Source: Prochlorococcus sp. AG-409-D09 (GTDB lineage Bacteria > Cyanobacteriota > Cyanobacteriia > PCC-6307 > Cyanobiaceae). Taken from it: a stretch of 64,000 bases of DNA. Location of the stretch: assembly GCA_003215935.1 (NCBI GenBank), contig QCJQ01000001.1:11731-75730 (forward strand), read 5' to 3'. Shown here one piece after another: positions 11,947 to 22,384 of the stretch (positions are counted from its first letter, which is position 1; each line of letters starts with the position of its first letter). Position numbers and translations under genes: made by a program. Under the pieces are notes generated by a model. The model ran no database searches, was not told the origin of the DNA, and saw only the letters and a list, made by a program, of their open reading frames with translations.

Positions 11947-12903
11947 TTGGAAACAATAGAAACTGATGTTGTGATAGTAGGTGGCGGCCCTGCAGGCTGC
12001 AGTTGTGCCTTATATACATCAAGAGCAGATTTGAAAACTGTGATTCTTGATAAGAATCCATCAGTTGGAGCTCTTGCGATTACACATCAAATTGCAAATT
12101 ACCCTGGTGTTTCTAGTGAGATGAGTGGTGATGCCTTACTTGGAATAATGCGTGATCAAGCTATTCAATATGGAGCCGATTATCGTAGAGCGCAGGTTTT
12201 TGGTATAGATGTGAACCCCGAATGGAAAACTGTTTTTACCCCTGAAGGCACTTTTAAAGCCAGAGCTCTTGTTGTTGCTACTGGTGCAATGGGTAGGCCA
12301 GCTTCTTTTAAAGGTGAGGCTGAGTTTCTAGGCAAAGGAGTAAGTTATTGCGCAACTTGTGATGGTGCTTTTTATAGAGGTCGAGAAGTTGCTGTTGTAG
12401 GAGTTAATAAGGAAGCTATGGAAGAAGCCCAAGTCCTTACTAAATTTGCATCCACTGTTCATTGGATTACTTCTAATGATCCTAAAGATGATGATCTAAT
12501 AGCTAAAGAATTAATGAATCATTCAAACGTTAAGCATTGGAGTAAAGCAAGATTGATGCAAATTAAAGGCGATGAGATGGGTGTTAACGAAATCGTAATT
12601 AAAGATCGTTCACAAGATAGTTTGCAAAATTTAAAATTAGAAGGTGTTTTTGTTTATATGAGTGGATCGAAGCCTATTACAGATTTTTTAGGAGAACAGG
12701 TTGCGTTTAAAGAAGATGGAGGAGTTTTAGTGGATGATTTTATGTCTACTACAGCTGAAGGAGTTTGGGCTATAGGTGATATTAGGAATACGCCTTTTAA
12801 GCAAGCGGTGGTGGCTGCTTCTGATGGTTGTATTGCTGCGATGGCAATAGATCGTTATTTAAATAGTAGAAAATCTATACGTGTTGACTGGGTTCACGCT
12901 TAA
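11947..12903 (+). CDS. trxB: Flavin thioredoxin reductase lacking the NADPH motif (DTR/FFTR type)
   Basis: GGGPAG FAD motif, GVSYCATCDG, VGVNKEA in place of GGGDSA, C-terminal RVDWVHA tail. Confidence 0.88.
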   Translation: METIETDVVIVGGGPAGCSCALYTSRADLKTVILDKNPSVGALAITHQIANYPGVSSEMSGDALLGIMRDQAIQYGADYRRAQVFGIDVNPEWKTVFTPEGTFKARALVVATGAMGRPASFKGEAEFLGKGVSYCATCDGAFYRGREVAVVGVNKEAMEEAQVLTKFASTVHWITSNDPKDDDLIAKELMNHSNVKHWSKARLMQIKGDEMGVNEIVIKDRSQDSLQNLKLEGVFVYMSGSKPITDFLGEQVAFKEDGGVLVDDFMSTTAEGVWAIGDIRNTPFKQAVVAASDGCIAAMAIDRYLNSRKSIRVDWVHA

Positions 12904-12934
12904 AATTAAATTTTGAGATAATATTTTATTATTT

Positions 12935-13216
12935 TTATAAGGGAGTTGCTTCAGAAACGTAAGCTACACCACCATAATAACTAAGAATTGACTTTATATT
13001 ATCTCGAATAGAATCTATCATTTCTTGCTCGCAAAATATTATTACATGAGCATTTGCACCCATTCCTGTGAACTCCATATCTTCAGTGACAACTCTTTCA
13101 GGACCTCTACCAGTTGCGTGTTTCATTACAGTATAACCAGGAACTTGTGCTTGTTCTAGAGCCTCTAAAATAGCGTCTAGTTCTCTATCACTAAAAATTA
13201 AATCTAGTCTTTTCAT
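12935..13216 (-). CDS. sbtB: PII-like protein SbtB
   Basis: MKRLDLI..., VPGYTVM..ATGRG; directly downstream of sbtA. Confidence 0.85.
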   Translation of the reverse strand: MKRLDLIFSDRELDAILEALEQAQVPGYTVMKHATGRGPERVVTEDMEFTGMGANAHVIIFCEQEMIDSIRDNIKSILSYYGGVAYVSEATPL

Positions 13217-13224
13217 GTTTTTGT

Positions 13225-14223
13225 TTATGTTACTCCTGGAGGGATTAATTTATTTACCAAAGACATATAAACGGGAATCCCAATTACTATGTTGAAAGGG
13301 AAAGTTAACCCTAGTGTGGTGGATATATAATAAGTAGACCTTGCTTCTGGTACCGTCATCCTCATTGCAGCCGGAACAGCTAAATATGAAGCACTTGCGC
13401 AGAGAACTACGAAAAGTAATGCATTTCCTGATTCTAAACCTAATGATTTAGCGACTAATCCACCTAGGAAAGCATTAAATATAGGCATAAATATAGAGAA
13501 TGCTATTAAATATTTACCTACTTGATGCAATCTACTTAGTCTTTGTGCTGCAACTATTCCCATGTCAAGTAAGAAAAAGCATTCGGCACCAAAAAATAAC
13601 TTTCCTGTAAATGGTTGCATTTTTGCAACTGCTGCTGGATTATATGCAGCTGTTAGAAACCCGATTAATAAACTTCCTAATAGTAAATATACCGAACCAT
13701 TTAACATTGATTCATGTAAAATAGACCTCCATTTCATGATTCTTTTGCTTGGTATATCTTTAGATGCTCCAAATTTAACTAAAAGCAATCCGACTATTAT
13801 TGCAGGTGATTCCATTAATGCTAAAGCTGCAACCATAAATCCATCAAAATGAATATTCTGTGCTTCTAAAAAACTTTCTGCAGTTATAAAAGTAACAGCA
13901 CTTATTGATCCATATGCTGCTGATATAGCTGCAGAGTTGTATACATTAAATTTTAGTCTAAGTATGAAAAAACAAATTAAAGGTATTAATAATGACATTA
14001 ATATTGCTGAGCAAACAGTTGGTATTACTTGACCACTAAGACCACTTGCTTGGAGCTCTACACCTCCTTTAAACCCAATTGCTAATAATAGATAGAGTGA
14101 AAATAACTTTGGTAAGGGTGCCGGTATTTCTAAGTCTGACTTTGTAGCAAATCCTATTACTCCTAAGAAAAAGAAAAGAATAGGAGGGCTTAAAACATTT
14201 TTTATTATTAAACTGCTTTCCAT
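13225..14223 (-). CDS. sbtA: SbtA-family Na+-dependent bicarbonate transporter
   Basis: About 10 TM; LLLAIGFKGG, YGSISAVTF, ALMESPAI, ASASYLAVPAA, LTFPFNI. Confidence 0.9.
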   Translation of the reverse strand: MESSLIIKNVLSPPILFFFLGVIGFATKSDLEIPAPLPKLFSLYLLLAIGFKGGVELQASGLSGQVIPTVCSAILMSLLIPLICFFILRLKFNVYNSAAISAAYGSISAVTFITAESFLEAQNIHFDGFMVAALALMESPAIIVGLLLVKFGASKDIPSKRIMKWRSILHESMLNGSVYLLLGSLLIGFLTAAYNPAAVAKMQPFTGKLFFGAECFFLLDMGIVAAQRLSRLHQVGKYLIAFSIFMPIFNAFLGGLVAKSLGLESGNALLFVVLCASASYLAVPAAMRMTVPEARSTYYISTTLGLTFPFNIVIGIPVYMSLVNKLIPPGVT

Positions 14224-14281
14224 TTTTTTGTGATATGGAAGAATTGATGAACTAAAACTATTTTAAATCTATTTTTAGATG

Positions 14282-15940
14282 TTATGCAATTTCATTAACT
14301 GCGGCTAATAGAGCATCTTTTCTTGATCCTATAACATTGACTCCGAATTTTGATAATCTTTCCTTTACCTTTCCAGTAGCGCCAGCAACGTATGCTTTAC
14401 GTGAATTATTTTTTGCCTCTTGAACCATATCTTCTATAGCTAAGGTTGCTGTAACTCCAAGTCTAGGAACTTCAGTTATATCTAAAATAAGCACTTTATA
14501 ATTTCTAATCAGCGCCATTCTTTCTGTAATTCCTTTAGCTGCTCCAAAACTCAAGGGTCCTTTCAGTCTAAATAACATTACATTTCCTGCACAACGATCT
14601 AGTAATGCTTTTTCTTCTGGAGCCAGGCTTGTATCAGAGAATTGATTAACATTAGAAGAATTTAATGGATTGTCCGCATCCATTCCTTCTAACTGAGTTT
14701 CAGTAATAGAATCTATAGTTAACATATTTGCAACAAATACCCCTACCAATACAGCCCAAATTAAATCCCAGAATACTGTCATTAAAAGAACCCCATACAT
14801 TACTGATGCGGTTTTCAGAGACAGTTTATGAGCTCTAAGTAAAAATCCCCAATCTATAATATCTAAGCCGACTTTGATTAAAATTCCTGCAAGAAGAGCA
14901 GTTGGAATTTGTTCTGCAAGTGGTCCAGCACCTACCAAAACTATTAACAGAACTATTGAATGAACCATTCCTGATATTGGAGTGGATCCTCCTGATTTCA
15001 CATTTATAACTGTTCTCATTGTTGCTCCAGCCCCAGGCAATCCAGAGAAGAGTCCCGCTACTGCATTCCCTATTCCTTGTCCGATTAATTCTCTATCTGA
15101 GTTATGCCTTGTTTGGGAGATGTTATCTGCTACTAAAGAAGTTAAAAGAGAATCAATTGCACCTAGAACAGCTAGTACAAGACCTGCTTTCAGAATTATT
15201 GGAAAATATTGATTGAAGCTTGGTATACCAAGTGAAGGAATTCCTCTTGGAATTTCTCCAATTCGATCTATCGAAGTTTCTCCAAACAATAAAATTGAAA
15301 GAGGTGTAACTATTAATAAAGCTAAAAGAGGTGAGGGTAACCATTGACTAATTTTTCTGGGAGTTAGAAAAACTATTCCAAGAGTCATCACAGCAACACC
15401 TATTGCTGCGCCATTTGGTTGAAAATTATTGAAAACAGTTGAAAGTGATTCAATTACTCCGCCTCTTGTCGTGATTCCTAGAAGAGGACCTATTTGAAGG
15501 CAAATAATAATTACACCTATACCAGACATAAAGCCTGATACAACTGAATATGGAACCAGAGTGATGTATTTCCCAAGTCGTAAGATTCCGAATAATATTT
15601 GAAATAATCCACCAATAACTACTGCTGCCATTACTAATGGCAAGATTTGCTGAGCTGAAAGATCTCTGGGGACGCCTACTGCTGCGAGACTCGCTACAAC
15701 GCCTGCAACAGTTACGCTCATTGGACCTGTTGGCCCACTGACTTGTGCTGGTGTCCCTCCAAATAATGCTGCAAGGAACCCTACGACCACAGCTCCATAT
15801 AGCCCATAAATAGCCCCGCCAGGTCCTAAGGCTGCATTCCCAAACGCTAGGGCTAGCGGTAATGCAACTACCGCTGCTGTAATCCCTCCTAGTACGTCAC
15901 CTCTAATATTCTTAAGGTGAAAACCATTAATTAATGCCAA
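14282..15940 (-). CDS. bicA: SulP/SLC26 anion transporter with STAS domain (BicA-like)
   Basis: GDVLGGITAAVVALPLALAFG, SGPTGPM, ELIGQGIGN, GATMRT, STAS GPLSFGAA; clustered with sbtAB. Confidence 0.85.
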   Translation of the reverse strand: MALINGFHLKNIRGDVLGGITAAVVALPLALAFGNAALGPGGAIYGLYGAVVVGFLAALFGGTPAQVSGPTGPMSVTVAGVVASLAAVGVPRDLSAQQILPLVMAAVVIGGLFQILFGILRLGKYITLVPYSVVSGFMSGIGVIIICLQIGPLLGITTRGGVIESLSTVFNNFQPNGAAIGVAVMTLGIVFLTPRKISQWLPSPLLALLIVTPLSILLFGETSIDRIGEIPRGIPSLGIPSFNQYFPIILKAGLVLAVLGAIDSLLTSLVADNISQTRHNSDRELIGQGIGNAVAGLFSGLPGAGATMRTVINVKSGGSTPISGMVHSIVLLIVLVGAGPLAEQIPTALLAGILIKVGLDIIDWGFLLRAHKLSLKTASVMYGVLLMTVFWDLIWAVLVGVFVANMLTIDSITETQLEGMDADNPLNSSNVNQFSDTSLAPEEKALLDRCAGNVMLFRLKGPLSFGAAKGITERMALIRNYKVLILDITEVPRLGVTATLAIEDMVQEAKNNSRKAYVAGATGKVKERLSKFGVNVIGSRKDALLAAVNEIA

Positions 15941-16086
15941 TAGAGAGTCTCCTTTATTGAATTAATTCTCTTAGCCTATATCGTTGAGTCCCATATCGTT
16001 CGGACTTTTCTACATTTAAAGAATGTCAATAAATACAAAAATGTTGAGAGACTTAAAACCTCTAATAGATATGGTCTTTTTCATAT

Positions 16087-17034
16087 ATGACAGGAAGCGG
16101 CTATCGCGATTACTACAAAGTGCTTGGAATCGATCGATCTGCCAAGGCAGTGGACATTAAGCGAGCTTTTAGATCCAAAGCAAGAAAATATCACCCTGAT
16201 ATAAATCCGAATAATCCTGAAGCTGAAAATAAATTTAAAGAGATTAGTGAGGCTTATGAAGTGCTCTCAGATCCTGATAAACGAAAACGATATGAAGAAT
16301 TCGGTCAGTATTGGAATCAAAGGAATGTTTCAGATGCTACTTCTCCTTTTGGTCAAGGTGTAGCAGTTGATTTTGGAGGTTATGGAAACTTTGATGAGTT
16401 TATCAATGAGCTTTTAGGAAGATTTACAGGTGGAGCCTCTACGACTGGGTTTAGTCCTAATTTCTCTACCTCTTCCCAGACTTCTAAGAAGATAATTAAT
16501 TTAGATGCAAAAATACAATTACAAATTAGTTTTCGTGAATCATTTTTTGGGACTGAGAGGACCCTCGTAGTTAATAATGAAAAAATAAAAATAAAAATCC
16601 CTAAGGGTATCAAATCAAACTCTAAATTAAGAGTTAAAGGTAAAGGAAATATACAAAGTGGGAGTGGACTTCGAGGTGATTTATATTTACATATAGATGT
16701 GAAATCTCATCCTATATGGGGAATAGAAGGCGATGATCTTTGTGCGGATTTGCCGGTTGCTATAGATGAACTTATTTTAGGAGCAACAATTCAAGTAATT
16801 ACTCCAGATGGAGAAGCTAAGATTAGGATTCCAAAATCTACTTTGCCTGGACAAAATCTAAGATTAAAAGGTAAGGGATTTCCTACTATTAATGGCCGAG
16901 GAGATTTAATCTTTACTCTTAAATTAAAAATTTCTAAGGAATGGACAAGTTCAGAATTAGAGCTGATTGATCAACTTGGGAAAATGCGTAGTTATGATCC
17001 GCGTAAGGATTGGTTTAATTCGGCTCTAATATAG
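16087..17034 (+). CDS. dnaJ: DnaJ-class (CbpA-like) co-chaperone, no zinc finger
   Basis: DYYKVLG, YHPD J-domain, DnaJ C-terminal LRLKGKG. Confidence 0.88.
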   Translation: MTGSGYRDYYKVLGIDRSAKAVDIKRAFRSKARKYHPDINPNNPEAENKFKEISEAYEVLSDPDKRKRYEEFGQYWNQRNVSDATSPFGQGVAVDFGGYGNFDEFINELLGRFTGGASTTGFSPNFSTSSQTSKKIINLDAKIQLQISFRESFFGTERTLVVNNEKIKIKIPKGIKSNSKLRVKGKGNIQSGSGLRGDLYLHIDVKSHPIWGIEGDDLCADLPVAIDELILGATIQVITPDGEAKIRIPKSTLPGQNLRLKGKGFPTINGRGDLIFTLKLKISKEWTSSELELIDQLGKMRSYDPRKDWFNSALI

Positions 17035-17075
17035 ATAAATTTTGCTTAAAATCATAGTTATCTTTTTTGGTCCAT

Positions 17076-18074
17076 ATGGATCTCACCTATCGCCCACGTC
17101 GCCTTCGTCGCTCATCTGCTTTGAGGAGCATGGTGAGAGAGAATCTCGTTACACCTTCAGATTTTATTTATCCATTATTTGTTCATGAAGGATCAGAAGT
17201 GCAACAAATTTCTGCAATGCCAGGAGCAAACCGTTGGAGTTTAGATTCACTAATTGGAGAAGTTCAAAGAGCTTGGGATTTGGGTATTAGGTGTGTCGTT
17301 TTATTCCCAAAGATTAATGACTCTTTGAAAACAGAAGATGGTGCTGAGTGTTTTAACGAAAATGGATTAATTCCTAGAGCAATTCGACGTTTAAAGAAAG
17401 AAATACCTGATATGACGATTATGACTGATGTTGCTCTGGATCCCTATTCTTGTGATGGACATGATGGAATTGTTAGTTCTGATGGTGTAGTACTTAATGA
17501 TGAGACGATTGAAAATTTATGTCGACAAGCTGTTGTTCAGGCAAATTCAGGTGCAGATTTAATTGGACCAAGCGATATGATGGATGGTCGAGTTGGTGCT
17601 ATCAGGGAGTCTTTAGATGAGGAAGGATTTGAACATGTGGGAATTATTAGTTATACGGCTAAATACTCTTCAGCTTATTATGGACCTTTTAGAGAAGCTC
17701 TTGATTCAGCTCCTAGATTAACCGGCATGAAAAACATTCCTGAAAATAAAAATACATATCAAATGGATCCGGCAAATTCTAGAGAAGCCATTATTGAAGC
17801 TCAATTAGATGAGGAAGAAGGGGCAGATATTTTGATGGTTAAGCCTGGTTTGGCATATTTAGATATTATCTACCGTTTGAGACAAGAATCAGAATTGCCT
17901 ATCGCTGCTTATAATGTTAGTGGTGAATACTCTATGATTAAGGCTGCTGCTAACGCGGGATGGATAGATGAGAAAGAGGTTGTGCTTGAAACCTTGTTGA
18001 GTTTTAAAAGAGCAGGTGCAGATTTAATATTGACGTATCATGCATGTGATGCCGCCAATTGGCTTAAAGATTAA
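17076..18074 (+). CDS. hemB: Porphobilinogen synthase
   Basis: RPRRLR, DVALDPYSCDGHDG, PSDMMDGR, YQMDP, MVKPG, AYNVSGEY. Confidence 0.98.
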   Translation: MDLTYRPRRLRRSSALRSMVRENLVTPSDFIYPLFVHEGSEVQQISAMPGANRWSLDSLIGEVQRAWDLGIRCVVLFPKINDSLKTEDGAECFNENGLIPRAIRRLKKEIPDMTIMTDVALDPYSCDGHDGIVSSDGVVLNDETIENLCRQAVVQANSGADLIGPSDMMDGRVGAIRESLDEEGFEHVGIISYTAKYSSAYYGPFREALDSAPRLTGMKNIPENKNTYQMDPANSREAIIEAQLDEEEGADILMVKPGLAYLDIIYRLRQESELPIAAYNVSGEYSMIKAAANAGWIDEKEVVLETLLSFKRAGADLILTYHACDAANWLKD

Positions 18075-18115
18075 TCTAATGACTTTAATGTCAATAGATC
18101 TCATTTAGCTTAAAC

Positions 18116-18520
18116 ATGGAACTCGACAGTTTTGAGAAGAATAAACCAAAAGTTCAAAGACTAGGACATGTAGCTATACGTGTTGAAGATGTAAAACGTG
18201 CAAAATCTTTCTATATGAAGTTAGGGATGAGATTGATTTGGGATGATTCTGATTGGTGTTATTTAGAATCTGAAATAACAAAAGATGGATTAGCACTTCT
18301 AGGTCCTAGCTATAAGGCGGCAGGTCCTCATTTTGCTTTTCATTTTACTGACAAAAAGGAAATACAGCAGATGCATCGTAATTTAAAGGATGCTGGTGTG
18401 AAAGTTGGAGCATTACATGACCATAGGGATGGAACTTCTTCTTTTTATCTCAAAGATCCTGAAGGGAATTGGTTAGAAATGCTTTACCACGACCCTTCTG
18501 GAATCCCATCTAATCAATAA
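18116..18520 (+). CDS. VOC/glyoxalase-family protein
   Basis: LGHVAIRV, HFAF, FYLKDPEGNWLEM. Confidence 0.88.
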   Translation: MELDSFEKNKPKVQRLGHVAIRVEDVKRAKSFYMKLGMRLIWDDSDWCYLESEITKDGLALLGPSYKAAGPHFAFHFTDKKEIQQMHRNLKDAGVKVGALHDHRDGTSSFYLKDPEGNWLEMLYHDPSGIPSNQ

Positions 18521-18536
18521 AAGAGTTGGCAATTGT

Positions 18537-20954
18537 ATGAATTCTTCTCGTGAGGTTATTGATTTTCAGTCAAATGATGATGTATTTCAAGAAACATTAA
18601 AATTATTGGAATGGCCAAGACTTTGCTTTCAACTTTCTACTTTTGCAGTTACTTCACAGTGTCGAAGAGAATGTAAGAATCTTAAATTTCCTCCTGATGT
18701 GGAGAGTAGCCAACTTATAATTGATAAAACAATTGAAATTGGAGAGTTAGATAGGGTTTTAGAAGGGGGGTTAAGCTTTGACGCTATTCATGATTTGGAA
18801 CATATTCTTTTGCATTGTCATAAAGGAGGAATGGCTTCGGGAGAAGAGCTATTAAAAGTTGCTGAAACTCTTAGAACTGCACGCAAGTTACGACGACAAA
18901 TAGATGATCCTCTGTTACGTCCAAAATTAACAAATTTCTTAAGTAATTTAGCAACTTTGCCTGACTTACAAAAACTCCTTGAATTTGGAATAGAGGAAGG
19001 AGGTCGTGTTGCAGATAGAGCATGTTATGAACTTTCTCAATTACGAAGAAAGTCTCAAGGTTCACGAGAAGAGCGTAGAAAGATTTTGATGGAAATTATT
19101 AGACGTTTTTCTTCTTCTCTACAAGATACTATTATTTCTGAAAGATATGGAAGATCTGTTCTAGCAGTCAAAGTTGGTGCAAGCTCTCAAATTAATGGTG
19201 TTGTGCATGATACCTCAGCCTCTGGAAGTACAGTTTTTGTAGAGCCTCAATCTGTTATTTCATTAAGTAATCGAATTGCTGGAATTGAAACGAAGATCTT
19301 TGAAGAAGAAAATCGTTTATTGTTGAAGTGGAGTGGTGAAGTTGGTAAAAATTTTGAAACGGTGAAAGAGTTATGCCGAATAATGTTGGATTTGGAATTA
19401 CTTTTAACTCGATCTCGTTATGCAACTTGGCTAGGTGCAATACCTCCGGTTTTTGATCAAGAAAAAGATTCGTCATTTATAATTAATGAATTCCGCCATC
19501 CTCTCCTTGTATGGCAGGAAAGTAGAGAACAAGGTGATGTTGTTGTACCTATTAGCTTAGAAGTTTCTTCTAAATTAAAAGTAGTTGCTATTACTGGACC
19601 AAATACAGGAGGAAAAACTGTTGCATTAAAAAGTATTGGGCTAGCTGTTTTGATGGCGAGAGCTGGCTTATTCCTCCCTTGCGAAGGGGAACTTTCACTT
19701 CCTTGGTGTGGTCAGCTTTTAGCGGATATAGGAGATGAGCAATCACTCCAACAAAGTCTTTCCACTTTCAGTGGTCACGTAATTCGTATTCGACGTATTA
19801 TTGATGCAATTACAGAATATTCAGGGTTAACTGTTGTTTTATTAGATGAGGTTGGTGCAGGTACTGATCCAAGTGAAGGAACTGCTTTAGCTATAGCATT
19901 ATTAACTACATTGGCAGATAGAGCAAGATTGACTATTGCAACGACTCATTTTGGTGAGCTGAAGTCTTTAAAATATAGTGATCCCAGGTTTGAAAATGCT
20001 TCCGTTTCTTTTGATAGTGATACTATTACACCTACTTACCATTTGCAGTGGGGAATTCCTGGTAAAAGCAATGCTCTTTCAATTGCGAGAAGATTAGGGT
20101 TAGATTCTAAGATTATTGATCAAGCGCATAAACTTTTAGATCATCAGAATGTTGCTGATGTTAATCAAATTATTAAAGGTCTTGAAGAACAAAGAGCAAG
20201 GCAACAATCTGCTGCAGAGGATGCAGCTCTTTTATTAGCTCGTACGGAGTTATTACATGAAGAGTTATTGACTAGATGGAAGCATCAAAGCCAGAAGTCA
20301 GCAGAAATAGAAGAAAAAGGGCGTAAAAAACTTGAAACTTCTATACGAGAAGGGCAAAAGGAGGTAAGAGCTTTAATACGTCGTTTACGAGATAAAGGTG
20401 CTTCAGGCGAAACGGCGAGACGTGCAGGTAAAAGATTGCGAGAGATATCGAATGATTCTCTACCTAAGTCTACATCTAAAACCAAGTTGGATTGGTTCCC
20501 AAAAGTAGGAGATTATGTAAGAGTGACTTTGTTGGGAAAAGCTGGAGAAGTTGTATCTATCTCACCAGATGGATTACAAGTGACAGTTTTATGTGGGGTT
20601 TTTAGAAGTACTGTTGATTTAAATGGAATAGAGAGTCTGGATGGACGTCGAGTAAAAAACTTTAACTCCGTAGTTGAAATTAATTCTTCTGTATCTTTAA
20701 GGACAACTTCCTCTATTAGAACTAAAAAAAACACTTTAGATGTAAGAGGATTAAAAGTTCATGAAGCTGAGTCAGTGGTAGAAGAAAAGATTAGACATTC
20801 GTCTGGACCTATTTGGATTGTTCATGGAATTGGAACAGGAAAATTAAAGAGAGGGTTAAGAGAATGGTTAAATACTGTTAATTATGTTGAGAGAGTGGAA
20901 GATGCTGAGAGGCAAGATGGTGGAGCAGGATGCAGTGTGGTTTGGATAAGTTGA
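18537..20954 (+). CDS. mutS2: MutS2 with C-terminal Smr domain
   Basis: TGPNTGGKT, IGDEQSLQQSLSTFSGH, LLDEVGAGTDP, Smr LDVRG...IVHGIGTGKL. Confidence 0.96.
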   Translation: MNSSREVIDFQSNDDVFQETLKLLEWPRLCFQLSTFAVTSQCRRECKNLKFPPDVESSQLIIDKTIEIGELDRVLEGGLSFDAIHDLEHILLHCHKGGMASGEELLKVAETLRTARKLRRQIDDPLLRPKLTNFLSNLATLPDLQKLLEFGIEEGGRVADRACYELSQLRRKSQGSREERRKILMEIIRRFSSSLQDTIISERYGRSVLAVKVGASSQINGVVHDTSASGSTVFVEPQSVISLSNRIAGIETKIFEEENRLLLKWSGEVGKNFETVKELCRIMLDLELLLTRSRYATWLGAIPPVFDQEKDSSFIINEFRHPLLVWQESREQGDVVVPISLEVSSKLKVVAITGPNTGGKTVALKSIGLAVLMARAGLFLPCEGELSLPWCGQLLADIGDEQSLQQSLSTFSGHVIRIRRIIDAITEYSGLTVVLLDEVGAGTDPSEGTALAIALLTTLADRARLTIATTHFGELKSLKYSDPRFENASVSFDSDTITPTYHLQWGIPGKSNALSIARRLGLDSKIIDQAHKLLDHQNVADVNQIIKGLEEQRARQQSAAEDAALLLARTELLHEELLTRWKHQSQKSAEIEEKGRKKLETSIREGQKEVRALIRRLRDKGASGETARRAGKRLREISNDSLPKSTSKTKLDWFPKVGDYVRVTLLGKAGEVVSISPDGLQVTVLCGVFRSTVDLNGIESLDGRRVKNFNSVVEINSSVSLRTTSSIRTKKNTLDVRGLKVHEAESVVEEKIRHSSGPIWIVHGIGTGKLKRGLREWLNTVNYVERVEDAERQDGGAGCSVVWIS

Positions 20955-21057
20955 TGATTTACGTAGAAAATTAAAGTTAGGAGACCATTATTACTAATGT
21001 CATAATTTTTCTCTTATGCAATAGGCTAAATATCGGTCAATTTCAACTTATTTTGTA

Positions 21058-22047
21058 GTGCAGTTTATTGATCAGGCGAGGATAACTTTTAAAGCTGGGA
21101 ATGGGGGAGAAGGAATAGTGGCTTTTCGAAGAGAAAAGTATGTTCCTGCTGGGGGCCCTTCTGGAGGAGATGGAGGGAAAGGGGGAAATGTGGTATTACA
21201 AGCTGATTCGAATTTGCAAACCCTTTTAGATTTTAAATTTAAGCAATTGATTTGTGCCGAAAATGGCTATCGTGGTGGTCCGAATAAATGCTCTGGTGCT
21301 TTTGGAAATGATGTTGTCCTAAAAGTGCCTTGCGGCACAGAAGTAAGGCATTTTCAAACTGGGATTATTCTTGGTGATTTAACAAAAAATGGAGAGACAT
21401 TAATTGTTGCGTATGGAGGTAGAGGAGGATTGGGGAATGCGCATTATTTAAGTAATAGAAATCGTGCTCCAGAAAAATTTACAGAAGGTCAAGAGGGTGA
21501 AGAATGGGAACTTCAACTTGAATTGAAGTTGTTGGCTGAAGTTGGAATTATTGGTTTACCTAATGCTGGGAAAAGCACATTGATTTCTGTTTTATCAGCA
21601 GCGCGTCCGAAAATTGCAAACTATCCATTTACAACTTTGATTCCCAATTTAGGAGTTGTTCGCAAGCCAAGTGGAGATGGGACTCTTTTTGCTGATATTC
21701 CTGGATTAATTGAAGGAGCTGCAAAAGGTATTGGTTTAGGGCATGATTTTCTTAGGCATATTCAACGAACAAAATTACTTATTCATGTTTTGGATGCATC
21801 GTCTCCAGATATTCTTCAAGATTTGAATGTCATTGAAAGAGAACTTTTTGCATATGAAAAAAGCTTGCTTCGAAAACCAAGGATTTTGGTTTTAAATAAA
21901 AAAGAATTAGTGAGCAATAATAGACAAAATGAAATTTTGCAAATGTTGCAGAAAAAAAGTCAAAAACAGGTTTTTTCTATTTCTGCGGTAATGAATGATG
22001 GCCTTAGCTTACTTCTAGAGAAAATTTGGGAAGAGCTTGATAATTAA
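21058..22047 (+). CDS. obgE: GTPase ObgE/CgtA
   Basis: [42 protein letters not shown]. Confidence 0.98.
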   Translation: MQFIDQARITFKAGNGGEGIVAFRREKYVPAGGPSGGDGGKGGNVVLQADSNLQTLLDFKFKQLICAENGYRGGPNKCSGAFGNDVVLKVPCGTEVRHFQTGIILGDLTKNGETLIVAYGGRGGLGNAHYLSNRNRAPEKFTEGQEGEEWELQLELKLLAEVGIIGLPNAGKSTLISVLSAARPKIANYPFTTLIPNLGVVRKPSGDGTLFADIPGLIEGAAKGIGLGHDFLRHIQRTKLLIHVLDASSPDILQDLNVIERELFAYEKSLLRKPRILVLNKKELVSNNRQNEILQMLQKKSQKQVFSISAVMNDGLSLLLEKIWEELDN

Positions 22048-22122
22048 TTATTTTTTTCTTTATTTTTCAACACTTGTCTTTTGCTTAAAGATTGGCCATA
22101 AATGGGATGTGTTTTTGAAATT

Positions 22123-22305
22123 ATGAACTTTTACAGTTGCTTTGATGGAAATGGGAAAATTATTGCAAGGTGTCAATCTCATCAAGAGATTGAGGTATTG
22201 CGTCGAATGGGGAGACCAATAGCGGAAGTTAAAAAAATGAAGAATGAAGAAGCTGTTGTATGCTCTCTTATGAGTAGTCCATCTGATTTTGATATGGATT
22301 ATTGA
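22123..22305 (+). CDS. Small hypothetical protein (60 aa, three Cys)
   Basis: MNFYSCFDGNGKIIARC...VVCSLMSSPSDFDMDY, followed by a bidirectional terminator. Confidence 0.7.
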   Translation: MNFYSCFDGNGKIIARCQSHQEIEVLRRMGRPIAEVKKMKNEEAVVCSLMSSPSDFDMDY

Positions 22306-22323
22306 TCTAGGATTTTATTTATA

Positions 22324-22362
22324 TGCATAAAAAAAGCGGGTTAATCCCGCTTTTTTTATGCA
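22324..22362. terminator. Bidirectional intrinsic terminator
   Basis: TGCATAAAAAAAGCGGG-ttaat-CCCGCTTTTTTTATGCA between convergent genes. Confidence 0.92.
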
Positions 22363-22384
22363 ATTGTACTGAGTTGAAATTTAT

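Noticed and set aside
15978..16006. ATATCGTT direct repeat (15-bp period) and AGTCC/GGACT stem between bicA and dnaJ
   Set aside because: Short, matches no operator I know, and compatible with chance
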